Below, in pieces: positions 60,801 to 64,000 of a stretch of 64,000 nt of DNA. The translations under genes and the position numbers were made by a program. The notes below the pieces were generated by a model. That model had not been told where the DNA came from, made no database searches, and saw only the letters and a list, made by a program, of their open reading frames with translations. The stretch is from the human T2T-CHM13v2.0 reference genome, Homo sapiens. The DNA is taken from NCBI RefSeq assembly GCF_009914755.1, contig NC_060934.1. One strand, 5' to 3'. Position 1 is the first letter of the stretch, and the number at the start of each line of letters is the position of its first letter.

Positions 60801-63800
60801 TATTTGGACCTCTTTGAGGCCTTCGTTGGAAACGGGATTTCTTCATACAACGCTAGACAGAAGAATTCTCAGTAACTTCTTTGTGTTGTGTGTATTCAAC
60901 TCACAGAGTTGAACCTTTCTTTAGAGAGAGCAGAGTTGAAACACTCTGTTTTTGGAATTTGCAACTGCAGATTTCAAGCCATTCTAGGCCTATGGCAGAA
61001 AAGGAAATATCTTCGTATAAAAACTACACAGAATCATTCTCAACAACTACTTTGTGATGTGTGCGTTCAACTCACAGAGTTTAACCTTTCTTTTCATAGA
61101 GCAGTTTGGAAACACTCTGTTTGTAAAGCCTGCAAGTGCTTTTTTGGACTTCATTGAGGCCTTCGTTGGAAACGGGATTTCTTCATATAATGCTAGACAG
61201 AAGAATTCTCAGTCACTTCTTTGTGTTGTGTGTATTCAAGTCACAGAGTTGAACCTTCCTTTAGACAGAGCAGTTTTGAAAAATTCTTTCTGTGTAATTT
61301 GCAAGTGGAGATTTCAAGCGATTTGAGGCTAATCTTTGAAATGGAAATATCTTCGTGTAAAAACTACACAGAATCATTCTCAGAAACTGCTTTGTCATCT
61401 GTGCGTTCAGTTCACAGAGTTTCACCTTTCTCTTCATAGAGCAGTTTGGAAAGACTCTGTCTGTAAAGTCCGCAAGTGATTAGTTAGACCCCTTTGAGGC
61501 CTTCGTTGGAAGCGGGATTTCTCATTTACTGCTAGACAGAAGAATTCTCAGTAAATCCTTTGTGTTGTGTGTATTCAACTCACAGAGTGGAACCTTCCTT
61601 TATTCAGAGCAGTTTTGAAACACTCTTTTTGTGGAATTTGCAAGTGGAGATTTCAAGCGATTTGACGCCAATCTTAGACATGGAAATATCTTCATATTAA
61701 AAGTACACAGAGTCATTCGTAGAAACTAGTTTGTGATGTGTGCCTTCAACTCACAGAGTTTAACCTTTCTTTTCATAGAGCAGTTGGGAAACACTCTATT
61801 TGTAAAGTCTGCAAGTGGATATTTGGACCTCTTTGAGGCCTTCGTTGGAAACGGGATTTCTTCATATAACGCTAGACAGAAGAATTCTCAGTAACTTCTT
61901 TGTGTTGTGTGTATTCAACTCACAGAGTTGAACCTTTCTTTAGAGGGAGCAGAGGTGAAACACTCTTTTTGTGGAATTTGCTAGTGTAGATTTCAAACGC
62001 TTCGAAGACAGTGATAGAAAAGGATATATCTTCGTATTAAAAGTAGACAAAATCATTCTCAGAAAACTCTTTGTGATGTGTGTGTTCAACTCACAGAGTT
62101 TAACCTTTCTTTAATCGAGCAGTTTGGAAATACACTCTTTGTAAGTCTGCAGGTGGATATTTGGCCCTCTTTGAGCCCTTCGTTGGAAACGGGATTTCCT
62201 CATATAATGCTAGACAGAAGAATTCTCAGTAACTTCTTTGTGTTGTTTGTATTCAACACACAGATTTGAACCTTCCTTTAGAGAGAGCAGATTTGAAACA
62301 CTCTGTTTTTGGAATTTGCAAGTGCAGATTTCAAGCGCTTCTAGGCCTATGGCAGAAAAGGAAATATCTTCGTATAAAAACTACACAGAATCATTCTCAA
62401 CAACTACTTTGTGATGTGTGCGTTCAACTCACAGAGTTTAACCTTTCTTTTCATAGAGCAGTTTGGAAACACTCTGTTTGTAAAGCCTGCAAGTGCTTTT
62501 TTGGACTTCATTGAGGCCTTCGTTGGAAACGGGATTTCTTCATATAATGCTAGACAGAAGAATTCTCAGTCACTTCTTTGTGTTGTGTGTATTCAAGTCA
62601 CAGAGTTGAACCTTCCTTTAGACAGAGCAGTTTTGAAAAATTCTTTCTGTGGAGTTTGCAAGTGGAGATTTCAAGCGATTTGAGGCTAATCTTTGAAATG
62701 GAAATATCTTCGTGTAAAAACTACACAGAATCATTCTCAGAAACTGCTTTGTCATCTGTGCGTTCAGTTCACAGAGTTTCACCTTTCTCTTCATAGAGCA
62801 GTTTGGAAAGACTCTGTCTGTAAAGTCTGCAAGTGATTAGTTAGACCCCTTTGAGGCCTTCGTTGGAAGCGGGATTTCTCATTTACTGCTAGACAGAAGA
62901 ATTCTCAGTAAATCCTTTGTGTTGTGTGTATTCAACTCACAGAGTGGAACCTTCCTTTATTCAGAGCAGTTTTGAAACACTCTTTTTGTGGAATTTGCAA
63001 GTGGAGATTTCAAGCGATTTGACGCCAATCTTAGACATGGAAATATCTTCATATTAAAAGTACACAGAGTCATTCGTAGAAACTAGTTTGTGATGTGTGC
63101 CTTCAACTCACAGAGTTTAACCTTTCTTTTCATAGAGCAGTTGGGAAACACTCTATTTGTAAAGTCTGCAAGTGGATATTTGGACCTCTTTGAGGCCTTC
63201 GTTGGAAACGGGATTTCTTCATACAACGCTAGACAGAAGAATTCTCAGTAACTTCTTTGTGTTGTGTGTATTCAACTCACAGAGTTGAACCTTTCTTTAG
63301 AGAGAGCAGAGTTGAAACACTCTGTTTTTGGAATTTGCAACTGCAGATTTCAAGCGATTCTAGGCCTATGGCAGAAAAGGAAATATCTTCGTATAAAAAC
63401 TACACAGAATCATTCTGAACAACTACTTTGTGATGTGTGCGTTCAACTCACAGAGTTTAACCTTTCTTTTCATAGAGCAGTTTGGAAACACTCTGTTTGT
63501 AAAGCCTGCAAGTGCTTTTTTGGACTTCATTGAGGCCTTCGTTGGAAACGGGATTTCTTCATGTAATGCTAGACAGAAGAATTCTCAGTCACTTCTTTGT
63601 GTTGTGTGTATTCAAGTCACAGAGTTGAACCTTCCTTTAGACAGAGCAGTTTTGAAAAATTCTTTCTGTGTAATTTGCAAGTGGAGATTTCAAGCGATTT
63701 GAGGCTAATCTTTGAAATGGAAATATCTTCGTGTAAAAACTACACAGAATCATTCTCAGAAACTGCTTTGTCATCTGTGCGTTCAGTTCACAGAGTTTCA

Positions 63801-64000
63801 CCTTTCTCTTCATAGAGCAGTTTGGAAAGACTCTGTCTGTAAAGTCTGCAAGTGATTAGTTAGACCCCTTTGAGGCCTTCGTTGGAAGCGGGATTTCTCA
63901 TTTACTGCTAGACAGAAGAATTCTCAGTAAATCCTTTGTGTTGTGTGTATTCAACTCACAGAGTGGAACCTTCCTTTATTCAGAGCAGTTTTGAAACACT

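Larger units (their letters stand above)
1..64000 (+). repeat. Alpha-satellite higher-order-repeat array, dimeric SF1 type; live/active-type centromeric array, probably human chr10 D10Z1
   Basis: Alphoid motifs run continuously (CATTCTCAGAAACT, TCAACTCACAGAGTTGAAC, GAGCAGTTTTGAAAC, CTTCGTTGGAAACGGGA). GAATTC and a CENP-B box recur every 338-340 bp, HOR copies are near-identical, and orientation is constant. The chromosome assignment rests on recalled 8-mer/6-mer organisation and is less certain (about 0.7) than the alphoid call. Confidence 0.99.

Noticed and set aside
55-63815. Hundreds of 60-92 aa ORFs (e.g. MCCVYSSHRV..., MMCAFNSQSL...)
   Set aside because: They recur with the satellite period, overlap in several frames, mostly begin at TTG/GTG and resemble no real protein family. 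They are translations of alpha-satellite.
1-64000. CRISPR-like regularly spaced conserved motifs
   Set aside because: The intervening sequences are themselves repeated rather than unique spacers, the period is 170/340 bp, and no cas genes are present.
1-64000. Inserted L1/Alu element, inversion or non-alphoid island
   Set aside because: All 53 anchor spacings equal 1357 or 1019 bp (or 1355/1015 with the two deletions), which leaves no room for an insertion. Orientation never changes.
1-64000. A novel information-encoding system in the 8/6 unit order
   Set aside because: The order and SNV sharing are adequately explained by known tandem duplication, unequal exchange and conversion in alphoid arrays. 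Nothing in the sequence supports an additional function.

Overview
The whole 64 kb window is one uninterrupted, head-to-tail array of primate (human-type) centromeric alpha-satellite DNA. It consists of ~170-bp monomers arranged as ~340-bp dimers. Each dimer carries an EcoRI site and a CENP-B box in every second monomer, which matches dimeric suprachromosomal family 1. The dimers form two higher-order repeat (HOR) units, an 8-mer of 1357 bp (28 copies) and a 6-mer of 1019 bp (25 copies). These mostly alternate as a 2376-bp 14-mer with its own phase-specific SNVs. The 8-mer/6-mer pairing best fits the chromosome 10 D10Z1 array, but that assignment is from recall and was not checked by a search. 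I found no genes, RNA genes, transposons, CRISPR arrays or inversions, and all ORFs in the track are repeat artefacts. I did not find a new gene-based biological system. The notable content is the array's layered history: a chimeric monomer defining the 6-mer, a 6109-bp 36-mer super-repeat in about 3 copies, duplications at 8485-bp and ~45.5-kb offsets, two variant-rich patches, two small deletions, and CENP-B boxes lost only through CpG transitions. Variants were read by eye, so some may have been missed.
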